From Moniliella sp. 'wahieum' (lineage: Eukaryota), in NCBI GenBank assembly GCA_003971905.1, contig RSEE01000101.1:1-64000 (forward strand): a stretch of 64,000 nucleotides of DNA, in the 5' to 3' direction. This document shows, one piece after another, positions 25,660-38,812 of the stretch. Positions within the stretch are counted from its first letter, which is position 1, and each line of letters opens with the position of its first letter. The notes under the pieces are model-generated. The model was not told where the DNA came from. It saw only the letters and a list, made by a program, of their open reading frames with translations, and searched no databases. Position numbers and translations under genes: made by a program.

Positions 25660-27667
25660 ATGGACTCGGCATCTTCTTCCCCAGCCATCTCCAAAACTAG
25701 CCCACCTAGTTCTTACCCTTGGAACTCCCGCTATGGTTCCACCGACTCGTTCTGGCACTCCGGCTCGACCGGACTTCCGCCTTCGACCACAGCTACCACC
25801 TTCACCTCCCGCGCCGGCAGCCTGAGCAGCGCCAGTCTGGCAGGCAAAGGTACCACTGGGACCCCCCCCGCTGGGGAAGACAACAAGCTGCTGGGTCTTC
25901 TCGAGAGCTGACCCTCCGCCTCCTCCATCAAGCTACAGGCTCGGCCAACGCTACTCTAAGCGTGCCTCGTCTTTGCTCAGCGGGCTCGTCGGCGCCTAAG
26001 CGTCAACAGCACAGTATCCTCCTTGTCGCACAGATCGACCGATGCAGAAAGTGCCACCATCCTTCTAGACGGGGGAGCATGACGGCCTCATCAGTTGGAG
26101 CTCCCCCTTCGCTTGCAGCGCTCCCACGGTCTAGTATGGCTGAATCTGATCAGGTTTATTTCACCGTCCACACTCGGTCCAAAAGTAACGTACGGTACAG
26201 CAAGCTCAATCTTGCTGCCATCCGATACGGGTTTGATGCCTGGCTCCGAGGATGAGAATCGAGTGCCTACTACAAAGGCCTTGGCACTGGAAAAGGCAAG
26301 GTATCCCCCGTTCACCTGGCACCCCTCATGCTTCTTCCGCATCTAGATCTTCCGCCTCCTCCGCCAGCGACCGGCTAAGAGTGTGCGCGGATCCGCTTGG
26401 TCCATCCAACGGATAGGTTGGCAACTACTCGGCTGGCTCCCGGCGCTCTGTTGCCGTTCTCTCCCCCAGCGCTTCGAGCGCAGCCAAGTTTGATACACCC
26501 ATCTTCATCTTGGCGACAACCTCGACATTCTCTCGCACAGCCAGACCCTGGAACTCTATCTTCGCAATGCGGGCAAAGTGGAGGATCCGAACTCTATGTA
26601 CGAGCTGGCCATTTTCATCTTGGAGGCAGCGCAAGTACGAGATGACCTGCCGATTGGCGAGCACCACCACCTCGTTCGGGGGGCCATGGAGTTGCTGCGC
26701 AAGATAGCTGACCGAGGTCATGTCGCAGCTCAATTCTACCTAGCCGAATGCTTGGCGGCAGGAGTGGGGCATCCGGACAACAAGCCACAGATGGTCCAGG
26801 CGCAAGCACTCTACGTCCTAGCCGCCAAACATGGTCATGCCGACGCTTCCTTCAAGGCAGGACGGTGCTTTGAGCAAGGCTGGGGCTGTCTGAAAGATAC
26901 CAGCAAGGCAATCAAATGGCTCCGTAAGGCCGCTGCGCCGGCCATCCTGGTGCGCTCTACCGCCTAGGCATGGCCGAACTCAATGGCGAGTTGGGACGAA
27001 CCAAGAATTCCCGGCAGGGCGTCAAGTACCTCAAATTGTCCGCCCAAGCCGCCACGCCTGAATGGCCGCGCGCGTTGCATGAGCTAGGGCTGCTGCACAA
27101 CCGAGGCATCGAAGGCGTGGTATTTACCGATCCAACTTACGCATGCAACCTCTTGACCCGCGCTGCCCAGCTCGGGTTTGCCCCGTCTGCCTACCTCATG
27201 GGGAAAAATTACGAGTATGGTCGCATGGCTGTCCGGTGGATGGGGGGTTGAGCGTGCACATGTACAACATTGCAGCTCAGCAGGATCATGCCGAAGCGTG
27301 CTTTGCCCTGACGGCCTGGTACATGGTGGGTGTGCCAGGTATCCTGCCTCAGTCCGATACCGAGGCATATCTCTGGGCCAAAAAGGCCGCGGAACAGAAC
27401 CTGGCCAAAGCCGAGTACGCAATGGGCTACTTTTGCCAGGCTGGCGTGGGCACCGACGTTGATCTGACCATGGCCACCCTTTGGCTAGAAAGGGCTGTCG
27501 AGCATGGCGATCCTCGTGCGCCAGCCCGTTTGAAATCGGTCCAGGCGAGTCGAGGGCCCACCGGACGGTCTCCCCTTCGTCGGCCCCATGAAGCTCCCAA
27601 ACGCATGACACTTACCACACCCACATTTACCCCTTTGCTCCCCATCCCCCTTCCTTCCACGACGTGA
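25660..27667 (+). CDS. Sel1-like repeat protein (Skt5/Chs4 chitin synthase activator-like), frameshifted
   Basis: Tandem SLR units: IADRGHVAAQFYLAECLAAGVG, AAKHGHADASFKAGRCFEQGWG, AAQQDHAEACFALTAWYMVG and AAEQNLAKAEYAMGYFCQAGVG. The N-terminus is Ser-rich and disordered. Confidence 0.85.
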
Positions 27668-28456
27668 GAATGCCATGATGGAGAACGCTGGGCGACCACA
27701 TTGCATTTTCTACCCTCTCGGACTCTCCACTCTCCTTCGGCCCAATCCGTACTTTTTTCCTCTCGAGTGTGTACCTCCTCTCCCACCTTCACTTTTGAAC
27801 CCCCCCCCCAACCTCTACCCATCTCCCCCGCTTGCAACTGCAAGCCTTTTCTTGCTTCTCTATACCTTATTACCCTCCCACGTGTCGTTGATCCTGGCTG
27901 ATCGGGTTCGTCCTGGCGACAAATCTTCGCTGATCAACTGCCCACCTCTCTTACTCACGTTCCTTTTCGGCTGTGCGCCTCGTTCACAAAACATCCAATG
28001 CAACGTATCGTACGCACCGCATATTGACATTGCACATTCAGAGTGACCACTGCAGTAACCTTTTTTGTTAACAGAGGGGGGGTATGGATCCAACACCCAT
28101 CACCACCAGACAATACCTGGGGTCTTCAGCGAAAATCGATTACCGACACACCGCCTGTAGACATGAAAGGACAGTCTAAAGTTAACCGTACTACACACAG
28201 TGCGGGTCAAACATGGAAAAAGGCATCGACAGCGGTAAATTCGCCTGCGGAATTCCACTCTTCCCTCCTAAACTGTCTGGCGCATTCAATCCATGGTGCG
28301 TTACATCACTGGTCGACGCAACGAAATTGCACAAGTGTTAAAGACCAGAGAGCAGGCCATTAATGGCGTAGTGCATTGCACATGAGCGCATAAGCTGCGG
28401 AGGCTAGATCTTATTAAGCCCCTACAAGAGGATAGATCGGTCGTAAGAAAAAAGGA

Positions 28457-28540
28457 TTCCCCGACCGGGAGTCGAACCCGGGTCTTGACGGATCACAAGT
28501 ACATGAGAGCGTCACATCATAGCCGTTGGACCATCGAGGA
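28457..28540 (-). tRNA. tRNA-Glu(CTC) with a 12-nt intron (28492-28503)
   Basis: Reverse complement TCCTCGA...TGACG CTCTCA[TGTACTTGTGAT]C CGTCA AGAC CCGGG TTCGACT CCCGG TCGGGGA A. The intron is at canonical 37/38 and a T-run follows. Confidence 0.93.
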
Positions 28541-28836
28541 TAATCGATGGGCTGACGTTTGGAACGATTTGACTTACTAAGCTTCAGGAGCTGGCCCTTG
28601 GACGCCATGACGCAACACTGAACATTTCACCGGGACCAATTGCTTCAATCGGCGTTTCGGCCGAGGGACGTTAACGTGTTAACGTTAACAGCGAGGCTCT
28701 CTCAACCAGCCGATCTACGCCTATCCCCGTCCCGATCTCCATCTCCATCTGCATCTCCATCCTCATCTCCATCCTCATCTCCATCCTCATCTCCATCCTC
28801 ATCTCCATCCCTCGCAGCCTCGCCCGTGTGCTGGCC

Positions 28837-31800
28837 ATGCCGCATCCGCAGCCTCCAGCACCTCCTGTCAACCCAGCGGACCCATCGTCTGTTTTGCCCC
28901 CCCAATGCCAGCGACGACGACGGCAGCGACAGCGGCGCAAGCAACTCGGATGCCTCCCTCGAACCGCCACAGCCCTCCACCACAGCCGATGAGTACCCGC
29001 ATCAGCCGCGCCAGGACATCCACCACCACCGCCTCCCCCGCAAACGCGTTGCCTCCACCTCGCCCCCCGCTCCACCCGCTTCCTCGCCTCCTGGAGACGA
29101 CCCTGCCGCGCCAGACACTAGTGGTGAGGGCAGACAATCACCCTCTGCCGTCAACGCCATCCCAGCGAGTCCTGCTTCGCCCGTCCCAAAATCCAAGCGC
29201 CGCCGGGGCCCAGCAGCATGCACCGCCTGCCGCCGGCTCAAAATGCGTTGCACAGGCATCGACAAGGGCCCCCCTGTGCACGCTGTAGGGCATCAGAAAC
29301 GGAGTGCGTGTTCCAGGTGCCGACTCGTGTTCGCAAGGGGTCCAAGGCCAAACAGGTCGAGGCCATGGCAGCATCGCTGCAGAAGATGGAACACACGTTG
29401 GCCAAGGTGCTCCGGTCCATCGACCCCAAACCGGGTGGGACGGGATTTTGCCACCGACCCACCCACATACAAGCACCTCCACTTCCACCACCGCCGCCAC
29501 CTTTGCCTACGAAGCGTCACCCTCCAACCAGATCTCTCGTTCCGGACCGCCCGAGCCTATTGCCTCGCCATCACGTCGAATGAGCGCGCAAACTGGATCA
29601 TCTCAGGCTTCCCTGCGGCAGCATTCCGCTGCTACACCCAATCCACAAGCCGGCTCAGCCTCGTGCCTGGCCCTGGGACCCAACGATCCTTCCTACTCCA
29701 TGCCCCCCCCGCCCGGCCAAGCAGCAACCAGCCCCATTTCACATTTTCTCCCCACCCAGAGTGACAATGGCAAATCCGCTACCGACTCTCCCGAATCGTC
29801 GAGGAAGTCAATCATGCGTGCATATGGACATTTGTCCGCCTCGCCTACCAAGGTTGATGGAATCCCGCTCAAGCCATCGTTACAGCTGGTGGACGACCAA
29901 GGGTTGAATCTACTGGGCCTCTTGGCTGAAGCCAGCTTAAGCGCTTTGCCAAAGCCCACCGAACCTGGTTCTGTCCCTTCCCAGGATGGGATGGCAGCGC
30001 AGGTAAGATCACCCCCCGAGGCCCGAGCTGCCACATCCTCCCAGCATTCTGTACCGCTGGGCGTGGCAAATCGCAGTTACTTTTGCCCCGGGTTTATCGA
30101 GCAGCTTCCGGTGCGCAAACTCATCATTGAGCACGAGCTACCGCCGACGCTGCTGGACGATGGGGTAGTAACCCTGGACGAATTGACAGACTTGTTCCGC
30201 ATTTTCACCACCTGCAATCACTTTGCTGCGGTCCTCGATCCCAGTCTGCACACACCCAACTTTGTCCGCTCCCGCTCCCCTTTCTTGCTGGCGGTGATTG
30301 CCATGATTGGCTCCAAGTTTTATTCCCAGCGCCCCGATCTGTACAGCAAGGCACAGGAGTACGTGAGGCGGTGCCGTACCATGGCCCTTGAGTATGGGTG
30401 GAAGAGCATGGAGATTTCCCAAGCGTTCCTCCTCCTCTCTCTGTGGGGCGAAACTTCAACAAGCTTTGAACAGGATATGACGTGGCTTCATTCGGGCTTG
30501 GCCATCCGCATGGCCACTGATATCAACCTCGACCGTCCTCTTCCACCCGGGACGCGCCCTTCCTCATCCTTGGACGATGCGCTGACCCAAGAACGCGACG
30601 TGCTGAATCGCGAAACGGACCTGGTTGGGCTGTTATCGTGGACCGGATGATGGCCTCGCACATGGGCAAGTCCTACACGGTACGAGAAGACAAAATGATT
30701 GGGTCGGTCCGGACGTGGTGCATGCAACATCTCTCCCAACCATGGGACGTGGGTGTGGCTGGGCTGACCGAACTCCATCGGATCCAGTCCAAGCAGATGG
30801 AGTTTCTCCAATCCTACTTACCCTCACTCGGAGGCGAGGCAGACTTGGCATCAATTCTTCGTGTCTTCAATCGCCAGCTGGACGAGTGGCGACAGGTATG
30901 GCACTTTGAAGATTTGCTGAAACAGTACCACTTGCGGCGGCCTGGGGGCGAAGCAGAAACACAGACTGTGTACACTGCCAATGGGTTCCAAGACCTTCCT
31001 CCCGGCTCCTTGGGCGGGCTAGACGCAAACGATACCCCTCGGCTCTTTTCCCTTGAGAGCAACAAAGCAGCCTGCAAGGAATCATCGGCCATCCTACGAA
31101 TTCTGGGACGGGACACAGACGATCCCTCTTTCACTCTGGGCACACCGCCGCCCGAAACCCAAATGGTTGCTCGGGCACTTTACTTTTTGGTTCGAGTCGG
31201 GCCTTTGCGGTACCACTATGGAGTATTGTTGCTCAACTCGTTTGGCCTACAACGATTTTTGGATGATCCGTCGAAGAACGAGACTGAGATGTTAACGTGT
31301 ACGTTGAGTTGCCCTGCTGTTGTGCTGCCCTGCGGCTACCCATTTTTCATCTAACGTTTGTTTGCGTCTCTGTCTCTGTTGTGGCTACTAGACTACTTTC
31401 TGTGCAAAAGCGCTGCCTTGTCAATCATCAAGTGCGCCGTTAGTCTAGGGCCCGAATTGCGCTACGCGCCCGACACGCAGTTCCTCATGATTGCGTATGC
31501 AGCTGTATTTTTGATCAAGGTGCGTTGGCCCGGGCCTAGGACGCGTTGGTGTTCCAAGGTAACTAACTCGCTGTGCTTACCCCCTCTCTGCTCCCGTAGT
31601 TGGCCCGCCCCGTCTTTGCCAAGTACACCAACTCAGCCGAGTTGCTCGACTTGGTCCTGCGCGTCGCCACTTTTTGGCCACGATTGCCGTCAACCAATCC
31701 ACACGCCTTACCTCTACGCCACCTTTCTCAAAACCGTTCTCGCCGCCCATGAGGACGGCACCGATCCCACCGCCCCGCCTCCTACCACCTCCGCTGCCAA

Positions 31801-32377
31801 CCCTCCCATCGCACAACCCGTGCATCCCACCAGCTCGCGCGCGCTTCCTGCCGCCCCGGGCGGAAACAACAGTCTGCCCTCTACCCTACCCGGCCTGGAC
31901 CCTGCTCCGCTCCCTCCGGCCTCTCTGCACGACCCTGCTACCACCTGGCCCATCTCAGCCCCTCCTGACCCCACCGCGTTGTACCCGGCGCTCCCACCAG
32001 CCTGCCCAGCCGCTCTCCCCGTCCCCGCCAACCCGGACAGCCTGACGCGCAACGATGCGTTTTGGTCGTCTCTCTTGCCTCCTGGATTTGCCGCGTCCGG
32101 TCCAGGCACGGGACAAGGTACCCCCGATCCTACTGGTTCGCTCCCTTCGTTGTCCTCCGCTTCCGCACACGCACAAGCCCAAGCCCAAGCACAAGCTCAG
32201 GTGCAGGCGCAACCACAGGCGCAACCACAGGCGCAACCACAGGCGCAGACACACCTATCCTCCACCGCCTCTTCCTCCTCGCAACCGTCCCTCTGGCCAC
32301 GCGTTGCGGGCGTCACGGACGCGACTACCTACGGTACACCTCAGAGCTGGTTTTCTTTCCCCCCCCTCGTGGGGTAG
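28837..32377 (+). CDS. Zn(II)2Cys6 fungal transcription factor with middle homology region (multi-exon, frameshifted)
   Basis: RRRGPAACTACRRLKMRC...PPCARCRASETECVF across one frameshift. The middle region has RSPFLLAVIAMIGSKF and WLHSGLAIRMATDINLDR, followed by a Pro/Gln-rich tail. Confidence 0.9.
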
Positions 32378-33903
32378 GGGGGTACCAAGGAGGCGCAGCT
32401 GCGGGCGGGATCGGACCCGGCGAATGCTGCTGCTGCTGCTGCTGATGGTGATGATGATGATGGTGAAGGTAATACGACGATGATGATGGCGATCAAGGGA
32501 GTGGATACAGAGCGATGGAAGGTGGGGTAGGTAGGTCGAACGACAGCGACCGTGCAGGACAACCACTGACCCTACCCCCCCCCCCAACTAATGTGGGAAC
32601 AGGGAACAGGGTTAAACGTTAAACGTTAAACGTTAACCAAGTATACAGGCCGGGCCACATTATAGGTAGGGGCACATCTAGCAACACTGATTTCGATCGG
32701 TGCGGGCTCGGCGGGGAGGGGGCACAGGGGGGGCAGGGGGGCAGACCGGTCACATGGTCACATCCCTAAAAGAAATCTATAATGGAGTGGGGCGACATGG
32801 CTTGAAGTTAGTGAAGCTTGAAGGTCGATTGGTTCGCCACACAAGTGAGTGTGGCGATGGTGCGGCAACTGAGGGGCTTACCGGTTAGTAAACACTGGCA
32901 CATCGATGTCCGAAGCACGCGCGCGCACGGTGGCTCAGCCTGAGCGCTCATTGAGTTGCGTGAAACGCGGTGGGAGGGGGGGATCGAGGAGACATGTGAG
33001 CTGGGGCGCGCTCAGCCTCAGCGCTGCTGAGCCCCTCAGGCTGAGCATGTGACATGTGTGGGGGCTTGAAGCTTGACGCGTTGACGTGCGACATGTGACA
33101 TGTGACATTGGGCTGGGGCGGGAGGAGGCGGGATGCGAAAGGGCTTGGAGTAACGGGGTTTGATGGAGATCCAGCCCGATCTGTTCTCGATAATCGATAA
33201 TCGATAACGGTCAACCAGATGAGAGCGCGGTGGTTGTTGCGGTCACCATAACAAGGGTTAACAAGGGTCGTAGGCCGCCAATAAAACACAGCCTCGCATA
33301 CGACGAGAGAGCTGGTACAAGAAGAGAAGCGATAACGTATAGGTCAACTGGCAACTATAGTAACTGGTAGCCGATACCCCCAACGAATCCAGTAGATGTC
33401 AGAGAGCGGAGATAGCGCGGCGGTACACCGATGTCGATGCCAAAAACCACTCAATTACCTTTTGATAACCGGGGCAAAGCTTAAAGAGAAAAAAAATGGG
33501 AAATGCTTAATGAGAGATCTCAGTCTGAGATCTGAGAGTCAACAAGTGACTACCGTCATGCATCATGCATCATGCATCAACACTTGGCATGGGGAAAACA
33601 ACGAGATGCTACCAAGCCGTACGTGCTTGCTCCACTGAGTGGCTGAGTGCCGAGTGCCTGCTCCAACTACTCAAGTTGACTCGGAAGCTACAATGGGAGC
33701 GCTCCAAAATCTCTCTCACATCGGTTTGGTGGACGCAGTGCCGGGTTAGCGCGGTGGCGGGGGATGGCGAACGCAGTGGAACGTTGAAAGTGCATGCCCA
33801 CGTACAACATGCATCACATGTTCAAGTTGAGTTTTGGAATTCGAGTACCGAGTGTACTTGGACTGAGTACTGAGTACTCTTCAACAGCTTCAATAACCGG
33901 TTG

Positions 33904-33967
33904 AATTCAACCCCATTTTGGGTTACCGGTTACCGGTTACCGGTAACCCAAAAGGTGGGGTTGAATT
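33904..33967. repeat. 64-bp near-perfect inverted repeat centred on (ACCGGT-N)n
   Basis: AATTCAACCCCATTTTGGGTTACCG...CGGTAACCCAAAAGGTGGGGTTGAATT, with one 2-nt bulge and one T/T mismatch. Confidence 0.9.
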
Positions 33968-34855
33968 AAACGAGGTGTGTGCTGAACGTGTAAACGTTGT
34001 GAACATGTTATGGATCGGCTTCTCCCTGAATCATCGAGTCAAGATGATGAAAACCCAACGATATAATCGATAATCGATCATCGATCATCGACAGAGATAC
34101 AGGCTGAAGCTATCACAGAGATAGAAGGGGCAGCCTACCGAAAGTACAGTGGGGCGCCACACTGGTGGCGCGGGTAGCCCGAAGTCCGGAACCTCCCGGT
34201 TCATATCCCTTCCGATATTCGGTTGGCAGAGGAATATTCTCGAGCCTCTGATGTGGCTCATGCGCTCATGTGCAATGCCATACGTCATCAACTGCCTGCT
34301 CTCTGGTCTTCTACATACTCAAGCTGGGGAAAAGGAAATACATACTTGACTGATATGTTACTGCTGTTTCATATTCCAGCCGTTTTGGCTTTGCTGTGGC
34401 AACAAGGCGCGCAATAATAAACCGCACTTGCCTGTTTGGTTCAGGCCCTCAGGTACGTTCAGGGGTCCTCTGTCACAGATTGTCACATGTCACACACGTC
34501 ACATCTGCATGTGTCATCATGTCATCGATCATCATGTCATCGATGTCATCTCTTTCGGCTACCTCTCGGAACGGGGGGAAGTAACCGGAAATACTAAGCG
34601 ACAGGGAGCACCGATGCCTTTTGGCTCAGACAACTACTCTCAGCATCTTGTGGGTCTTGTGGCATCCGTATCAGCCCCTCTTTCTTTTCCTTTTCTCCCC
34701 TGTTCTCCTCGCCACCACCGTCGTTCCCTCGTCGTCGGACGGTTGCTGCCGACGTGTCTTCTCTTTTGTCTCTTCGCCGTTGTGGCCGGGGTAGATTCGC
34801 GGCCACCTGTCCCTTGTCTCCTTTTGCTCATCTCCTGGCTCGACGCCCTCCGATA

Positions 34856-35948
34856 ATGTCCCCTCCCCCGTCCGTGCGCTCCAAAGTAGACCCCTTGTGC
34901 CCCGTCACCATTCAACCCCAACATCTCCCTCTGCCCTGCCGGCTGCGCCTATCCGACGCTCACCCCCCCCCTGGCTGCCGACTGCGTTGCTCCCGTGTCC
35001 TCTGCACCGCTCCCTCGAGCTGAATACCCTTTTCCACCTAACATGCATCACGCCACCCCCGACGCCCAGCCACATGACGCACCACTCTCCGCCCACGACC
35101 CCATTGCCTATCGGTCCCCCGAGGCTTCCCCTTTTACCGTTGGGACCCCACAGCGGGGCGCCCTTCTCTCCGATGCAACAACAGCCGCCGGTCCGCTGAT
35201 CGACCCTTTGTTTGAGCCCCCCGCGCTGCAACGCACCGTTCCCGTTTTACCCACTGGCAGTCCGCCTCGTGGTCGTACGGTCGATTGGGGCCCCACGTGG
35301 ACCGTGCTACAAGTGCAGCCATTGGCCGAGCCTGTTGGCCTACCAACAAGCAACACCTCTTCCACTGTCAACGTCAATTGGCCTCCTTTCCTCGCCAAAG
35401 ACGCCTCAGTCACCCGGCTTGTTATCAACCCCCCTACCACTTCTTCTTCTTCCCACTCTGATCCTCTTTTACCCACTTCGAGGGACGTTTCGTCCGTGCC
35501 TCTTGTTTTGCCTACCCATTCTGCCCATTCTACTCATTCTGCTCATTCCGCCCCTTCTGCCCCTTCTGCCCCTTCTACCCCTTCTGCCCATTCTACTCTT
35601 TCGATCCCTTCTGCCCATTCGCGCTCCTCTTCCCGCCGTGGGGTTCGCCTCCACCTTCCCGCCCATCCCACCCATCATCCCACCCCGCGCCGAACTAACT
35701 TTATCCCTTGGCCAACAAGCACGTGTTGGTCCTCCTCGCCTCCGCTTCTTGCCTTGTCCTGCTCGGTCTCCTCCTTTACCCCAGACGAAAGAGAGACCAA
35801 GATCTCGTTCCCGCGTCGCCGTCGTAAAGGCGGCACGTGTAGCCCGTACCCTCCGCGCATCCCTTCCTCCCCGCCTCTTCCGACCGCGACCGCGTACCCT
35901 TCGTATACCAATAGGGCACTTTGTCTTATCGCATACCGCGTAACGTGA
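34856..35948 (+). CDS. Hypothetical Pro/Ser-rich protein
   Basis: 317-codon open frame with a 9-nt-unit repeat (HSA/PSA) and a basic C-terminus; no recognisable domain. Confidence 0.4.
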
Positions 35949-36944
35949 AGTGCCCTCCCCCCCCCACACACACGTCCCGCCGGTCCCTCTCGTTCTACCC
36001 GTATTTGTCTTGCTTTTGGTTCGACGGGACGCGTGTCCATTCTATCGATCCGCTTCGTTCTTGTTCGGTTGGCTGGATTCGTCGGATCGTGTACCATGTT
36101 TTGGGTCACTGGATCCACATCGTCCTTCGTCCCTCCCCAATGAGTTTTGTTCGGTCCAGGACGCCGTCCGAGCCCCCCTGGCAGCTATGGACAGTCCGGT
36201 TGTCATGCTCTGCTCTTTGTTTGTGTTTTGGTTCGGTTCCTTATCTCGCTGCGACATGTATGGGCACAGAAGAGAGAAGGAAGGTTCTTCTGTTGCTTTT
36301 TACTCTAGTTCCCGATTGCGTTCCCTCTTCCACAGTATCATGGTACCCTTTTATTTTATGATTCGATTACGATGTATGAAGACGTTTGTCTCTGTCCACT
36401 GTTGTTTCTACTCATCGGGGGAAACCGCTCCTTAGTTGTTCCAGTAGTTCTGCGATCCGAGCCCGACGGTACAGTGGACTCAAATCGGTTGCATGGGGAG
36501 TGAGTACTGAGTGCAGTATAGCAAGCATTTTGTTCGGGCGTCGAAGCCCGAGGAAAGCGTGACTCATCTGCGAGATTTGAGAGATCTACAGAGTCCGACG
36601 GCCTGCAGGTGTATTTACCAGGGGTCCACTGGGATGACATTAACAAGCCTTGAACCGAGTTGCTGTGGTATGGATACTGTTGGCATGGGGTAGGGGAATG
36701 GGGAATGGGGAGAGCGAAAGGGACGGGGGGTTGGCATGAAGTAAGGAGGAAAATATGGAAGTACCGATAAGGGGCCTGGGCCGCCCAAAAAAAGATGAGG
36801 CGCGGCGAAAGACGATAAAATGTCGAACTTGGCGAACAAAAGAATTGAACGCGCAGCCACATGTAAGCTGCCTGTCGTTTTGGAAGCTTGAAGCTTGAAG
36901 CTTGATCCAAGTGATCGGTGCACCACCAAAGGGAAAGGAAAGAA

Positions 36945-38812
36945 TCAAATCAACATCGTCCCTTTATTCCGCGCACAAACATATATGTGACACAGGATCC
37001 GATGGATGTCTTGTCCTTTTTCACAGCGCTTTGCGGCCCGCTTGGTGGGGCGACTTGGAGCGGAGGTATGGCCCGTAGCGCAGAAATAACAGGCTGGACG
37101 GAATGCCAGCACAAGATAGATCATTGCCAGAGTGGTGTTGCCCCATCCATAGTGAAGCGCATTGTACAACTGATCGGCAAACAGGGGGAAGGCAAACCCA
37201 GCGATCGAGCGAAGAAATACGGCGCCCGCAATGCCCGAAGCGGCAAATACACCGTAGCTATCAATCACGTACTGTTGGTTGACCGTCACCGCTCGTTAGT
37301 CGTACCGCCCAATGCAGTTTTTCATACCAAGAAGAGAAGAGAACCAGACGTACGTTCATAAAACCCAAGAAGGAGTTGATACTCCCAAACCCAAATATCG
37401 CCGCGCCAATGTTGGGCACGATCCAGTGCACTTTTTCTCTGCCGACCAACCGTAGATGAGCATTCCAGCAATGAGACATACCCCACCCAGTACAGTGAGA
37501 GGGAGCTTGTGCCGGGATGCTCTTTCCTCCATTCCTCGCACGCAGCGCGAGGTATATCCGATCCAGCATCCGGCCCCCCAATTGACTCCGGCCGTGTACC
37601 CCAAGGCGAGAGAAACATAGTTGATACCCGCAATGCCCACCGACTCGTGGTACGTGCCCTCAAAGACGGTGGTAAACGTCGCGAGCACCAAGTACATCAG
37701 CCCATACACCAGCATCATGGCCAACGAAATGAGAATGAGAATGATCTCGGTGCTGAGCATGATCATAGGACGGAAGAGCGCTTTGGACAAACGTTGGCTG
37801 CGACTCAGTGTCTTGGACGGTGTAGATGGTGTACAAGGCTTGGTTGCCCGTCTCACGTACCAAACGGTCGCGTTTCACTTGCAGCAGCCGAGGCTGGTAC
37901 GTTTCCGTCACAATCGAGTACCCGATCGCGGCTACCACAGCACCAAAGGAGGCCCATAGCCAATGGATCCACCGCCACGACACGTTCTTCTCCACCATCC
38001 ACCCGGCAATGATCGGGCCCACACACGGCGCTAGCATCGGCGAGAGCGAGTACCACGACATGGCCGACCCACGGTCCTCTGGCTCAAACATATCTGCAAT
38101 CACGCCCCCGCCAATCGACAAGGGTGCCGAACCAAACAGCCCGGTAAAGAAGCGGAGAACCAAGTACTGCGTTTTGGTCTGCGCAAAGCCACAGCCCATG
38201 TTGAAGATGAGAAAGATGACGTTGGTCCCTTGCAGCACCATCCTGCGGCCATACATCTCACTTAATGGGGACCAAAGCATGGGGCCTAACAGAAGGAAGA
38301 GGGTGGGGGTCAGTACTCATTCAGGACCACCAAGAGGCAAGTAAAAGAGCCATGGCAGGGGGGCATTGTACCCACCAAAGGCAAAGGCAAGAACAAAGAG
38401 ACTCATTAGCAAGTTGGTCTGGGTGCCGTCCTGAACATGAAACGTCTTGGCAATCGCGGGCAAGGCAGGCGCGATGGCCGAGCTGGCCAAGGGACTGAGA
38501 AAGGTATACATGGCAACAATCATCGCGACGCGATACCGTCGCGGATACGACCAGTTGCGCGGGTTCTCTTCGGGCGAGTCCCAGGTGACCAAGTTGGGAT
38601 CTGGCTTTTCGCCGTCGGGGGGCAGCGCCAGCGACGCCTTGTCCTTCTCGTCGAGCGACAGGGTTTTGGTCAGCTCCGGGGGGGGTGGGCTGGCCGTGCT
38701 GGGGGAGGTAGACGGCGGTGCGCTCAATGTCCTCGTCGCGGGCGCGGACAGAGGCGCAATCGCCGTCGTCCGTGGCGGTGAGCGAGCCGTCGGGGGAGGG
38801 GGGGGCGTGCAT
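36945..38812 (-). CDS. MFS multidrug transporter, DHA1 family (multi-exon, frameshifted)
   Basis: VTWD..ENPRNWS, WSPLSEMYGRR, LRFFTGLFGSAPLSIGGGVIADMF, GPIIAGW, ETY.P.LL and RSIAGFAFPLFA. Confidence 0.92.

Noticed and set aside
27560..27667. C-terminal CaaX expected for Chs4-type proteins
   Set aside because: None seen in the candidate frames, but indels make the true C-terminus unknowable here.
32600..34560. CRISPR-like array interpretation of the repeat blocks
   Set aside because: No constant repeat with unique spacers, no cas genes, and a eukaryotic context.
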